From Macrostomum lignano (taxonomy: Eukaryota): a stretch of DNA of 64,000 nucleotides. Under the pieces are notes generated by a model that saw nothing but the letters and a program-made list of their open reading frames with translations, was not told the origin of the DNA and did not search any database. A program made the position numbers and the translations under genes. The DNA is taken from the NCBI GenBank assembly GCA_002269645.1, contig NIVC01004015.1:315-64314 (forward strand), given 5' to 3'. Of this stretch, positions 50,940 through 62,512 are shown piece by piece; position 1 is the first letter of the stretch, and each line of letters opens with the position of its first letter.

Positions 50940-52638
50940 TTACACTGCATTCTCGCTATTCGCCGGAGCACCAGCTGGACCGCCGTCCCCGCTCCCGGCT
51001 GGACCCCGATGCCTGACGGTCGAGGCCGCAGACTGCAGGCTAGTCCCGCTGCCGTAGACGCTAGTTGGCAGGCGAGCTTTGACCAGACCGCACGTCAGCG
51101 CTCGAACAAATCGCGCCCTGAACAGCTTATTTTTCCAAACAAGAATTATCCAGTTGATTGACTGGTTAAACAGAAGCATGATTTGACCAACATCGCCAAG
51201 GTTAAGCACCGTGCGCAGCATGTTCTGGTCGGTGGTTGGGGAGAACACGGTCAGCTGCAGCACAATGTACTGGGCTATGCAGGGCGGCATGCCCGACAGA
51301 AAGTAGACCAAGGACAGGAACAAGACTACTATTGACGGCCCTATCTCGTCGGATTCTTTATCTTTCTCTCCGCTGTTGGCCATGCTTTTTCGGTTGCGCA
51401 ATATTTTTAACACTTTGCGCAACAGAAACAGGTTGACAATGCTGATGGCCAGCAGTTGCACCATCGGAGGTATCATGAACAGGGCATTGCGAATTATCGT
51501 CCAGATGCGTACACCTTGGCCGAAAAATGGAACTGCCAGACAGGCAATCTTGTTGTCAAGGATGTACCAGCCGGTGAAGACAGGGACCGGAGCCACTAAT
51601 ATTAGCGATATCAGCAGCACTACTAGTAAGGCCTTCCAGGCGGAACGGTTTGTTAAAGTTCGAAATCTGAAGTCAAAATTAGACGGTTACTGCACACAGG
51701 CCTCTATAGAGATTAGGACAAACGAAATGCTTTGCAAGTCAAAGTGTTTTAGGGAAGCTTGTACATTAATCACTACAGTACTTGATGCACGATAGTACAC
51801 GCAGACGTAGAACTATTCATATAAGTCAATAAAAAACTTAACTATGCAACTTACATTAGAGGCTGTTGGTATATATTTATTATTTCATCGACTTAAATAT
51901 TTTCAAGGGTGCATTGCCAATACGAGGGTCGACCCACAGCTAGTTAGGGGCTATGTTAAGTACACACACACACACAGGTCGAATGCATATTCAGGTTAAT
52001 TTAAGCTCGTTATAGTAATTGCATACACTCTGTGTCTCTATGACTGGCCCCTGACGAGTTGACTATTTCGGCAGGTGCCTGATAAATCCTAATTTAATGT
52101 GGCAGCTCTCTTACTTGAACGGATAATGGAGGGTGAGCACACGGTCCAGTGTCATCAGCAAGAACCAGTTCGCCGACAGTACGTGGAAGAAGTTGTGCAC
52201 AAAACGAAACAATCGGCAGGCGAGATCAGACACGTTGACCATGAAGAAACCGACAGTACCGCGGCTGATCCAGGGCAGGCCTTTGGCAACTATCTGCCAG
52301 CCCAGGCCCCAAGAGATGAGATTGCCACTATCTGACACAGCAATCAGTGCCAGGTAAAGATTCTGGCGACATTTAAGCCTCTGCTCGGACAGCATCACAT
52401 AAGTTGTCAGCGTGTTGCCAATAACGCCAAAGAAGACAATAACGGGCACAAAGAAGATGCCCAGAGCGCCGAGAACAGTGGCGCCGATGCAGAACGGTCG
52501 CTTGGTTGGGTCGCCGCTGCGACAGTCGCGAAGCAGATCGTCCAGAGCGTCGAGATAGCCGATGGTGGCAGTGTCTTGAAGAGAATCGTTCGCCGACATT
52601 TTCGATGCTGGAATGAGATGAAGCTCTGCAGGCTCCAT
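50940..52638 (-). CDS. Class A GPCR, paralogue of 46205-47661, 2 exons (~416 aa)
   Basis: Exons 52638-52115 (TTC AA|GTAAGA) and 51666-50940 (cttcag|A TTT). Shares GNLISWG.GWQ..AKGLPWIS.GTVG, ACRLFRFVHNFFH.LSANWFLLMT.DR and IACLAVP with the plus-strand copy. Confidence 0.9.
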
Positions 52639-55600
52639 CTATTAAATAATGCTTGAGAGGGCCAGGCTTAGCTAATCCTTGTTCAAGCGTTCAGCGTTTC
52701 CGTTTTCGGAGCATTTGACTGTGTTTGAGCTCAATGAGAATTGCTAATTAGCTTTTCTCATGTTCAGAAGATTTAATCAAATTTTAATCAAAAGTAAAAA
52801 GAGTGTGAAATTTGGAATCAAAAGATTTCTTGAATTGGTGTGCAAAAGAGGCTCTGGTTCTTTAAGCATTACTTTGATGTTTTTGCTGTGATGAAGCAGT
52901 TGGAGGGTTTCGAAGCAGTTTCTTTCTGCTTTCTTTTTCAAAGCAGCTCACTTTTTCAGCTGATCTGTGATTGGCATGATTGAAAGCAGTGTCTGTATTC
53001 ATTGGACTAGTAGCTAATAAGGAGGCTGGCAGACTTCAACTGAAAATATAAATTTTAATTGTCAAATTTACGTGTGACTTCATTAGTTAAAAGAGTTTTA
53101 ATAAGATAATAATGCCAGTGGAGCATCAAAAAGCAAATTGAAAAAATCTGATTAAAATTAACAAACCGTTAACAGTAAAATCTAATGACAATTATTGCGC
53201 TTCACTCTACTTTAAGTAGGATCTGTAAGTCATTTACCGTTTTATAAGACGCATCTTTTTCCACGCATCTTATAAACGAAGAACTGAACACACTCTACTT
53301 AGAAGTAACAAGCAATATGAATACAGGAATCCAAAATGAATGACATCAGGTTATACTAACGAAAACGTTGCAATCCAAGTTTTTGCACAAAAAATGTGTA
53401 TTCACTATATTAACTTCGCACTGCATTAGCGACTGACTTTTTGGTCAGCAAACACTGCAAACAAAACTGCTACAGATTCAAAGCTCCGTTTTTTATCCAG
53501 GATTTTTCGAGCTAGATAGAGTACGGAAAAAAATTAACGAACTCCCCATTAGTTAATTGCAAAATAAACACACAGAGTTGTCCAAATTATCCGAGTTGAA
53601 GGCGTCACCCTAAGTACACTGCCACACTCATCTATAGATGCAAATGCAGCAGTACTATTTAAATATAAATTTACTCTAACGGAAAGATTTCTGTAAATAA
53701 AATCCTGTATTTTAACGTGCATTATTGGAGAATAAGTGTAATCAAGCCTTCTAAAATCTGCGGGAAACATTTTAAATTGTATCATTGAATATCAATAAAA
53801 ACATTTCCCTGGCTACTAAGAGCACTATATTGAAGCAGACAGACAATTGAGCCAAATGGGATTTAAACCTAAAGTCCCGAATCTTTAGGCTTTCCGGAGT
53901 GCAGAAAAACAAAACAAAACAAAAATTATCGGCTGAATTTCACTCGATAAATCAACTTGAGATGGCCAGACACGCTATTTGGTTACTTGAACGAAGCGCA
54001 GTTTCACTTCTAGGTTAAGAACACAATTAACAGTATTAAGCGCTTATACATTCAACTTGAAAAGTACAGACTCAAGCACACAAATTACAAGCACACCTTA
54101 ACTTAAATAAACCTTCAATTAATACTCCCAAATAAGGATTGCGTTAATATCTTGATTCCTTCCAGGTTCTTACAGTGCATGGCTTATTATGAAGTCAGTA
54201 AGGAAATTGAGGATTTAGTGGGAGGGATCTGTTGACTTAACTAAGGGATCTTGGTCTGTGTAGAACATAGGAACGTGTCCATACGCTCGTAGGCTCTGAC
54301 GAAATTCAGAATCACCCACATGTCGTCACACTTTCGAATTGAGCAGCGGTCGGAAACCGGGGTCTGGGGTCGGAGAATGTCAAAAAGCTTCGCAGTCCTA
54401 AAAATAATCCATGCTCGTACTGCCGCATTAGCGCGCACGCACTAAAACAAATCATTATATTAAATCAAATTAAGAGTTCTTAAATATATTCAATGCACTT
54501 TATGCATATATACCAATTGGAGTTATTAGTAAAACAAATACTACTGGTTAATAAATTTTGGTCTACTACATACAATACGAGCTTTCCAAGTCGCAAGCAC
54601 GGAGAAAAGAAGTCCCACCGAGCAGAACGGTGAGACTTAAATTAAACCTACTCTGTTTCAGCTCAATTTCGCTTCTTTTTTTAGTTGAGACTCCGGCAAT
54701 CAATTAGGAAAATTGTTTGCGCGGTCCTGCTTGAACGAAGAAAATCCAGGGTGTAAACTGTCTTTAATTAGTTGATCAAGTTACAGGGCCCTTTTGTTTC
54801 CAAAAAAGCTTTCTCTAATTGTTCTCTTTGTCAGTCATTCGAGGTGAAATCTGATATCACACAGTGTTTTGTTCAAACTGCATTCGCTTTGGCCAGATAA
54901 CTTTCCTTTGTCAGCTAGAAGCAATTATCAGCAATTATGTAATTTTATACGCAGCGACCGAACTTCGCATTAGTTGACGTTAGCAACTGCAATTTAGCAC
55001 AAATGTTTTCCAGAAATGCAGATGCATCAGATGACAGTGTCGTTATTTTTCTCATTTTGATGACGAGAAATAGCCTTTTTCTTACTTTGGAATTAGCTAT
55101 GGTTTAACTCTATCGATGTGACTCATGTTTCCACCGCGAAACCAGGGGCGTTCCACATTGAGGCCTCTGGTTGCTACGTCGTATCTGTTTGTCCCTGTTT
55201 TTATAGAGCTTTGATGAATCAACAAGACAGATTAAACACAAGTGAAAAGACCTTCATTTTATGCTGATGCCATTTGCTAAGCTTACGAGTATTCTGCGCT
55301 TTCTCGTATATTAGAAATTTTCGAGAATATATCGAACTGGAGAGCTAAACAGTCAGTGTATTTTTGTACGAGTATTTTTGTCTTTACTCGAAGTTTTGTC
55401 TGTTTGCGGCACTGTTAACCGAAATAGTGTGGTATTAGAGTGTCTAAGTGAAGCAACGACAAGCTAATTCGTGTGCTGAAACTAAATTACTACAATAAAT
55501 TAAATGAGAAGTCGCTAACGTAACTAGACTAAACAACTAAATTACTAAAACTACTGAATTACTAAAGTATAGACTAATTCTACTACACTTAACTCGTTAA

Positions 55601-55670
55601 TATAAAATAGGTTTCTTCTGTTTTGCTAGATTGCATCCGTTGCGGTCACTGCCAACAAAATTCAGAAACA

Positions 55671-56745
55671 TCAGCCACTGGTTGATGACCTACTAGACTT
55701 GAAGGCCGTGAATTTGATCACTCGCAAGTAAGATGCTCGGAACTCAGCATTTAATAGACCATAAACTATGGCGTTCATGCTGCTATTAAAAAATGACATC
55801 CACACCGAGTACTTGTGAAACATATTGGACAGGTGGATATCCATCTTTTCAGTGATCACTTGAACCAAATACGGCACCCAGCAGGCATTAAACACCAGGA
55901 AAGCCGCCATGATCGTAAAAATGGCCCTCCTCTCGTCCCTGCTCAATGTTGTATCGGCCGATTCACCCAAGTTAGCCTTGATCCGATAGAGTTTCCAGAA
56001 AATTGCTCCGTAAGCAAAGCAGGAGATGCACAGTGGCAGAAACACTCCGAATGCAGCTAGCATGAAGGTAGCCGAGAACACATACTTTTCGTCGTAGTTG
56101 AAGCACGCGAAGGCATCGGCAAGGTAGGTAAAGTTATCCGTAGCTCCTTCTACGCCACTGTAGATAAACCAAATCACCCAAATCAGTAAAATTATTAGCA
56201 GCGTCGATCGTCCCGTGAAAATTCTGTCATAAAGGTGACGCTTGATAACGAAGCAATATCTGAAAGGGAGATTTTTTGGAGTTTAGAAAGTCTACAGAGA
56301 TAAAAGAATATTTTTGAAACAAATTTTCATCTAACCTATTCAGAGCAATCGCACAGAAGTTGCTGTTCGATATGCCAGTGCAAGCGAATGATACGAAAGC
56401 ATTAAATATGCATTGCGCATCAGTGAATATGTTCTTATTAGAGATGCGAGCAGAGAGCACACACGGCAGGACATATCCGCTAACGAGCAGGTCGGCAGAG
56501 GCAATGCTCAGTATAAAATAGTATTGCGGCTTCTGCATTCGTTTTGTTGTCAGAATGCTAATGATCAGCAGCAGGTTTCCAATAACGCCAATAGCGATAA
56601 AGATCGATAAAACTACGCAGTCGGCAATCTTGTCAGCTAAGACGTCCGGCATTGGACAGGCGAACTCATCTCTGCTGTGCTCGTCCTCCTCCTCAATGCA
56701 GTCCCTTGGCGCCACCGTAGTGGAGGTTTCGTTGTCAGCCTCCAT
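55671..56745 (-). CDS. Class A GPCR with an NRY motif (melatonin-receptor-like orphan), 2 exons (~332 aa)
   Basis: Exons 56745-56336 (AAT AG|GTTAGA) and 56259-55671 (tttcag|A TAT) give AIALNRYCFVIK. Also GVIGN, SIASADL, CWVPY and NSSMNAIVYGLLN. Confidence 0.88.
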
Positions 56746-57334
56746 AGCCTGTCGCTCTGATGCCGGATCTTTGGGTCTGCCAATCGCGTTATTATTATTT
56801 TATATGACTTTAGCACAGCTCAGACACAGTGCTGCTATCCAATAAGACCATAGCTCAGTCGTTGGGGTAGACAAACTCAGACAGTAAATATGAACCAATG
56901 GCAAATATAGTGTTTGATTTGTTTTGCAGAGATGGGAAAGAGATTCTGACAGTGAAAAACAACAGTTTAAACTAATTTACTTAAGCAAAGCGGATGTACC
57001 ATATGCATGAACGCGATGCCTTTATTTTCGTGCTTTTACAGGTTTGTCTAAGTTAAATCTACATCCGAAACTTTCCTGCAAGCAATAAATCATAGAGCTA
57101 TACACAATACAGCTAGTTCGTATATACTCGTATTAGGCTTAAGAGTCAAAATGGCTGCTTTCTACAACTTGGGTGAGCTAAACTATCAAAAAACTACATA
57201 CAGAAGCAAGCAGCTACGAGCTAAAACGAATAATGACTATTGTTGCTTTAGTCAAAAAAATATGCGGTTTTTGCAGTCCCAAGCTGCATAAAGATTGGTT
57301 TCATTCATTGTAGGTAATGTCAGTGAATCAAAAC

Positions 57335-58402
57335 TCAGGCTCTTGTCGATGGTCTAGCCTTGAAGGCCTTGAATTTGATCACTCGCATGTATGACGCGCG
57401 AAAGTCGGCATTTAGCAAACCATAAACTATGGCGTTCATGCTGCTGTTAAAAAATGACATCCACACCGAGTACTTGTGAAACATTTCTGTGAGATCGACT
57501 TCCATCTTTTCAGCTATAGCCTGAACCAAATACGGCACCCAGCAGGAGTTAAACACCAGGAAAGCCACCATGATAGTAAAAATGGCCCTCCTTTCGTCTC
57601 TGCTCAATGTGGTTTCGATTGATTCACCCAGGCTCGTCTTGATCCGATAGAGTTTCCAGAAAATTGCTCCGTAAGCAAAGCAGGAGATGCACAGTGGCAG
57701 AAACACTCCGAATACAGCCAGCATGAAGGTAGCAGAGAACACGCTTTTCTCGTGGAAGTTGAAGCATACGAAGGCGTCAGTAAGGTAAATGTAGTTACCT
57801 GTTGCACCTTTCACAGCACTGTAGATAAACCAAATTACCCAAATCAGTAAAGTTATAAGCAGCGTTGATCGGCCCGTAAAGATTCTGTTATAAATGTGAC
57901 GCTTTATAACAAAGCAGCATCTGCGGGTAAGAAGCTTATGAATCTTAGAAACTCTAGGAATTAGAAAAATTACTATGAGACAAAATTTTTCACCTAACCT
58001 GTTCAGAGCAATCGCACAGAAGTTGCTGTTCGATACGCCAGTGCAAGCAATTGACACGAAAGCATTGAATATGCATTGCGCATCAGTGAATATGTTCTTA
58101 TTAGAGATGCGAGCAGAGAGCACACACGGCAGGACATATCCGCTAACGAGCAGGTCGGCAGAGGCAATGCTCAGTATAAAATAGTATTGCGGCTTCTGCA
58201 TTCGTTTTGTTGTCAGAATGCTAATGATCAGCAGCAGGTTTCCAATAACGCCAATAGCGATAAAGATCGATAAAACTACGCAGTCGGCAATCTTGTCAGC
58301 TAAGACGTCCGGCATTGGACAGGCGAACTTATCTCTGCTGTGCTCGTCCTCCCCTGCAGTCCTCTGCGTCACCGTAGTGGAGGTTTCGTTGTCAGCCTCC
58401 AT
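57335..58402 (-). CDS. Tandem paralogue of the NRY-type GPCR, 2 exons (~329 aa), reading NRC instead of NRY
   Basis: Exons 58402-57999 and 57920-57335. The 78-bp intron is at the same position and phase as in the neighbour. The ORF track reads through it as 355 aa. Confidence 0.88.
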   Translation of the reverse strand: MEADNETSTTVTQRTAGEDEHSRDKFACPMPDVLADKIADCVVLSIFIAIGVIGNLLLIISILTTKRMQKPQYYFILSIASADLLVSGYVLPCVLSARISNKNIFTDAQCIFNAFVSIACTGVSNSNFCAIALNRLGEKFCLIVIFLIPRVSKIHKLLTRRCCFVIKRHIYNRIFTGRSTLLITLLIWVIWFIYSAVKGATGNYIYLTDAFVCFNFHEKSVFSATFMLAVFGVFLPLCISCFAYGAIFWKLYRIKTSLGESIETTLSRDERRAIFTIMVAFLVFNSCWVPYLVQAIAEKMEVDLTEMFHKYSVWMSFFNSSMNAIVYGLLNADFRASYMRVIKFKAFKARPSTRA

Positions 58403-58588
58403 GGTCTGCCGTTCTAATCTCAGAAGTCTGATTTATGTGACGACGGCAGTTTGCGATATTTATATATTCTAAGCACAACAAACAGGCCGCAAGCCAATAG
58501 GGCCGTAGTTAAGGCGTTGGGGACAGGCACAGCCGTAAATTATCGACCAATGGTAGAATGCGTTGTTCCTATTATTCCTATCATTCCT

Positions 58589-58910
58589 ATCAACCAACCA
58601 ACCAACCAACCAACCAACCAACCAACCAACCAACCAACCAACCAACCAACCAACCAACCAACCAACCAACCAACCAACCAACCAACCAACCAACCAACCA
58701 ACCAACCAACCAACCAACCAACCAACCAACCAACCAACCAACCAACCAACCCAACCAACCAACCAACCAACCAACCCAACCAACCAACCAACCAACCAAC
58801 CCAACCAACCAACCCAACCCAACCAACCAACCAACCAACCAACAACAACTAATCAACTAACAACCAACCAACCAACCAACCAACCAACCAACCAACTAAC
58901 TAACTTAAAA
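58589..58910. repeat. (CCAA)n microsatellite, about 320 bp
   Basis: Directly visible. It explains the NQPT and WLVG ORFs. Confidence 0.98.
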
Positions 58911-59299
58911 AGCAACAACTAATCAACTAACCAAACAATTACATGTAAACAGCCAAAACAAAAAAAACAAACAAGCAAAACGAAAAAGTTTTTAATCGCA
59001 CATGTAAATTTGATTTCATCCATAACATAAAGTTCAGTCATTTTTATATAAAAACAAGCTGTTGAATCCCGCGAATTTTTAACCCGCTGCAGAATTCCGA
59101 TCCCCGGAACTATTTTTGCATGCATTCTAAAATCTGAATTCATACTCAGACAGAAGATTGTTAATAGTTAACTTAGAATAGAATTATTAGCTAGATAGAA
59201 TTATTAATTATAATAGTAAATTTGTGTTAAATTTAGATTTGAGGCAAGCATTGATCTCGTTGGCTTGGGTGCCAGGCGGAATGACAAACAACTCTAGTT

Positions 59300-60370
59300 T
59301 GTTTTCTCATCTCTACTTTTTTCTTATCTCATATATAATCTCGTCTTTTCTCTTCTCCTCTCTCCTCCTTGCTCTCTTATCTCATATATCATCTCGTCTT
59401 TTCTCTTCTCCTCTCTCCTCCTTGCTCTCTTATCTCATATATCATCTCGTCTTTTCTCTTCTCCTCTCTCCTCCTTGCTCTCTTATCTCATCTCTCCTCT
59501 CCACTCTTCTCTCTCATCTTTCCTCTATCCTCTCCTCGCTCTATTATCTCCTCTCTATTCTCTCTCCCCTCCTTTCACTCCCATCTCTCCTCACTTCACT
59601 ATTCTCTCCTCTTTTCTCTCTACTCTCTTCTCTCTCTACTCTCTTCTCTCTCTTCCCTTTCCTCTCTTCTCTTTCCTCCCTTTTCTCTCTCCCCTCTCTC
59701 CCTCTGCTCCCGCTTCTCTCTCCCTATTCTCTGTCTATCTCTCCTCTCCTCTATACTCATCTCTAGGTTGGTCTCTCCTTCCTCTTCTCCTCTTCTTTTT
59801 CCTATCTTTTCTCTTCGCTCTCCTATCTTCTCTCCTCTACTCTCTTATATATCCTCTCTCCTTTCTACTCTCTTATCTATCGTCTCACCTCTCTCCCCCT
59901 CTCCCCTCTTCTCCTCTCTTATCTCTTCTTTCTCATTTCTCCTCTCCTCTCACCTCTCTCTCCTTTTCTCTCCTTTCTTCTCTCCTCTGTTCTCTCTCCC
60001 TTTTCTCTTATATCTTCCATTTTCTCTCTTCTCTCCTTCTCCCTCCCCTCTTTCGCCCTTCTCCCCTCTCCTCTCATTTCTCTCGCCCATCTTCTCTCTT
60101 TCTATCATCTCTCCCCTCTTCTTTCCCGTCTCTCACCTCGCTCAACTCTGCTCTCTTCTCTCTACTCTTTTCTTTTCTCTCCTCTCTCCTTCCTCCTCTT
60201 CTCCTCTTCTTTTTCCTATCTTTTCTCTTCGCTCTCCTATCTTCTCTCTTACTCATTTCTCATCTCTCTCCTCTTCTCTCTATCTCTCCTCACTTCTATC
60301 TTCTCTCCCCTTCTATCTTTTCTCGCTTCGCATTTCTTGTCTCCTCTCCTCTGTTTGCTTATCTCTAATC
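59300..60370. repeat. ~1.1-kb polypyrimidine (CT-rich) low-complexity tract
   Basis: Almost G-free CT-rich sequence with scattered A. It produces spurious Leu/Ser/Phe ORFs. Confidence 0.95.
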
Positions 60371-60422
60371 TTTTGTTCCATCTTCTTTGAGGTAAGACAT
60401 TTGCCAAAATTTTTGGCTGAAG

Positions 60423-60786
60423 ATTAAAAGGAGAGAAGAGGGGAAAGAAGAGCTAGGGGAGATAGTTGAGAGAGGAGGGAAGAGTGGAGAGAGGAGAGAA
60501 AGGTGGGAGAGGAGGCGAAGAAGTGGGGAGAGAGGAGAGATGGGAAGGAGAGGGAAGAGGAAAGAGGAGGGGGAAAGGAGAGGAGAGAGAGAGGAAACTG
60601 GGAGAGAGGAGTGGGGACAGAAAGAGAAAAGAGTTGAGAGAAGAAGGGAGGGAGGAAGGTAGAAGAGGGGATGGACAATTGCGTTGAAGAGGTACTACTA
60701 ACTTTGCTAAAAGTTTCAAAGGACCCGCGGGGCGAGGCGAGGGCCGGGCCGGATAGAGGGGCTTAGCGGTATTTTGCCGACTCCTG
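60423..60786. mobile_element. Polypurine tract plus the right end of a hAT-type MITE of the same family as 10344-10540
   Basis: GA-rich tract at 60423-60680, then AAAGTTTCAAAGGACCCG and CCGGATAGAG (both shared with 10497-10522), then the TIR-like TTTGCCGACTCCTG ending at 60786. The left TIR was not found. Confidence 0.55.
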
Positions 60787-60898
60787 CTCCAGAGTTTAAG
60801 AAATCAATGGGAAACTGTTGGCGCCTATTGAAATCTGTTTGACTGATGTCAATGATCTTGTCTGTGGTTGAAGGATTCTATTCTGGGTTTGCTGCATT

Positions 60899-61808
60899 GT
60901 AATTATACTTTTACCCAGACGCAATGAAAAAATATTTTGGCCATTATTCCACAGTTTTGATGTGTACCATAGACATTTGGATTGAAAAAATCCATCGCTC
61001 AGTATTTTTGTTAATAAATACTCTCTTTATTGAATGAATGAACAAAAAGGAAAAATCATTAAAACTAAAGTACCAGCTACACGAAAAGAGTTAATAATAA
61101 ATGTCACAGCTAGTGCAGTTTATCAGTTTGTAGTCGAAATTTGACAATGTAAAAATCAATTTGTCACCCAAAGTGAAACATGCACAGTTCTCAAAGCCGC
61201 AGTTTCCAAAGATGCTCGACACTTTAGCCTGATGATTTGGCACTGCAAAAGGAGTTGGTCTATGTTGAATGTTTCTATGAAAGAGAAATACAGGTGCTCA
61301 AGTATAGTTGCCGAACTTACCATTTGAAAGATGCACGTCTTGGTTAAGTTGGCTTGCGACTGATGAGCTTCGCCTGATGAGCTTCTTTGGTACCGCAGTA
61401 TCCAAGCTGGGATTCTTTGGGACTGTCGGCTGCTCGACTGAATCGATTCACCGCTTTCAGGCATCGTTTATAGCCGTCGAGGCGTTGAAGACTGCATGGT
61501 CGCGTTTTCTTCCTAGGTAGCGCCGCACGGTTCGTTCAGTCGTCGACAGGAAGATTTTTTTAATTAATAAGCGCGGCTGTTTGACGAGATGCACTATAGC
61601 CATAGTTATGGTCAAACTAAGCCACACCACTCAGTCGTCTATGGGTAAAACAACTCTTATAACAGCCAATTGAAGCATGATAAAAAGAGTGGAATAATGA
61701 CAGCGACAAAAGTGTGGAATAATGGCCGCAAAAGTGTGGAATAATGACTGAGCGCTGAGTGAAAGTATAAATACAATGCACTTGTATAGTATGCAACTTC
61801 GTTGAATA
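60899..61808 (-). mobile_element. Interspersed repeat, copy 2 (inverted relative to 28544-29917), lacking the foldback insertion
   Basis: Reverse-complement match to 28544-29520 plus 29905-29915. CCATAGAC at 60967 and GTCTATGG at 61637. Confidence 0.8.
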
Positions 61809-61870
61809 ATGGCCATAGACACTCGTGCGCTACGCGCACTCGAGTTTTGGCCATTGCCCGAAATATTTGT

Positions 61871-62416
61871 TCATGGCAATGACCTCCGGACAATGACCGG
61901 CCATTTTCTGGAGGTAAAAAAACAAGACTGGACAACAATACCATAGGCGAAAAAAGTAACACGAAGCGTGAAATTCTGAATTCCAGCCCGGATACAGATG
62001 AGAGAGGCCGGCGAGTAGAACGAGCCATCCTGTTTCTTCAGCTTGAAGTAGAAGTACCGAAGATATTGGTTCAATGTAGGATTGTTGACATGCTGAATGT
62101 TGCGCAGATTCTCCCCTTCCAGGAAGTCTCGAAAACGTTGGCCATGCTGGTACATCTGCTTCCGAGTATCCTCAGGCAGACTCTCGATCTTTCTGTCCAT
62201 CTCGGAAACGTCTATCTTTTCATCTCCATCGATCATTGGCAGCCCAGTATCAGCTGGACCATTTTGGACATACTTCAGGAACGCATCGAAATCTTCGTCG
62301 TGCCGATCAACGGCAGAGGATTCCGAGAGGAAGTTCAGTTCATCCTGCGTGATGTTGCCGAGGTCCTCACACGGGAGGTTACCCCAATTAATATAATGTA
62401 TTATCGGGTCGCTCAT
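61871..62416 (-). mobile_element. Truncated Crypton-type tyrosine-recombinase ORF (N-terminal part)
   Basis: LNQYLRYFYFKLKKQDGSFYSPASLICIRAGIQ matches the L...L..F....RK.DG..Y.P.SL..I.AGIQ signature upstream of DUF3504 in Crypton transposases and their domesticated relatives (ZMYM, QRICH1, KCTD1). The similarity ends right after AGIQ. Confidence 0.75.
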
Positions 62417-62512
62417 GATGGACAGAAAACTCTTGAATCAACAGGTTTGGACAGACTACTTACTGCCTGGGAATCCCTCACACAAACCCCTTCACCCCCA
62501 CTGAAAGTTTTG

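Noticed and set aside
53850-53895. B-box-like GGTTTAAATCCC on the minus strand
   Set aside because: No A box or tRNA fold; too degenerate to call a SINE or tRNA.
59224-60427. Leu/Ser/Phe-rich ORFs of 180-352 aa that look like membrane proteins
   Set aside because: Artefacts of the polypyrimidine tract, since stop codons need purines.
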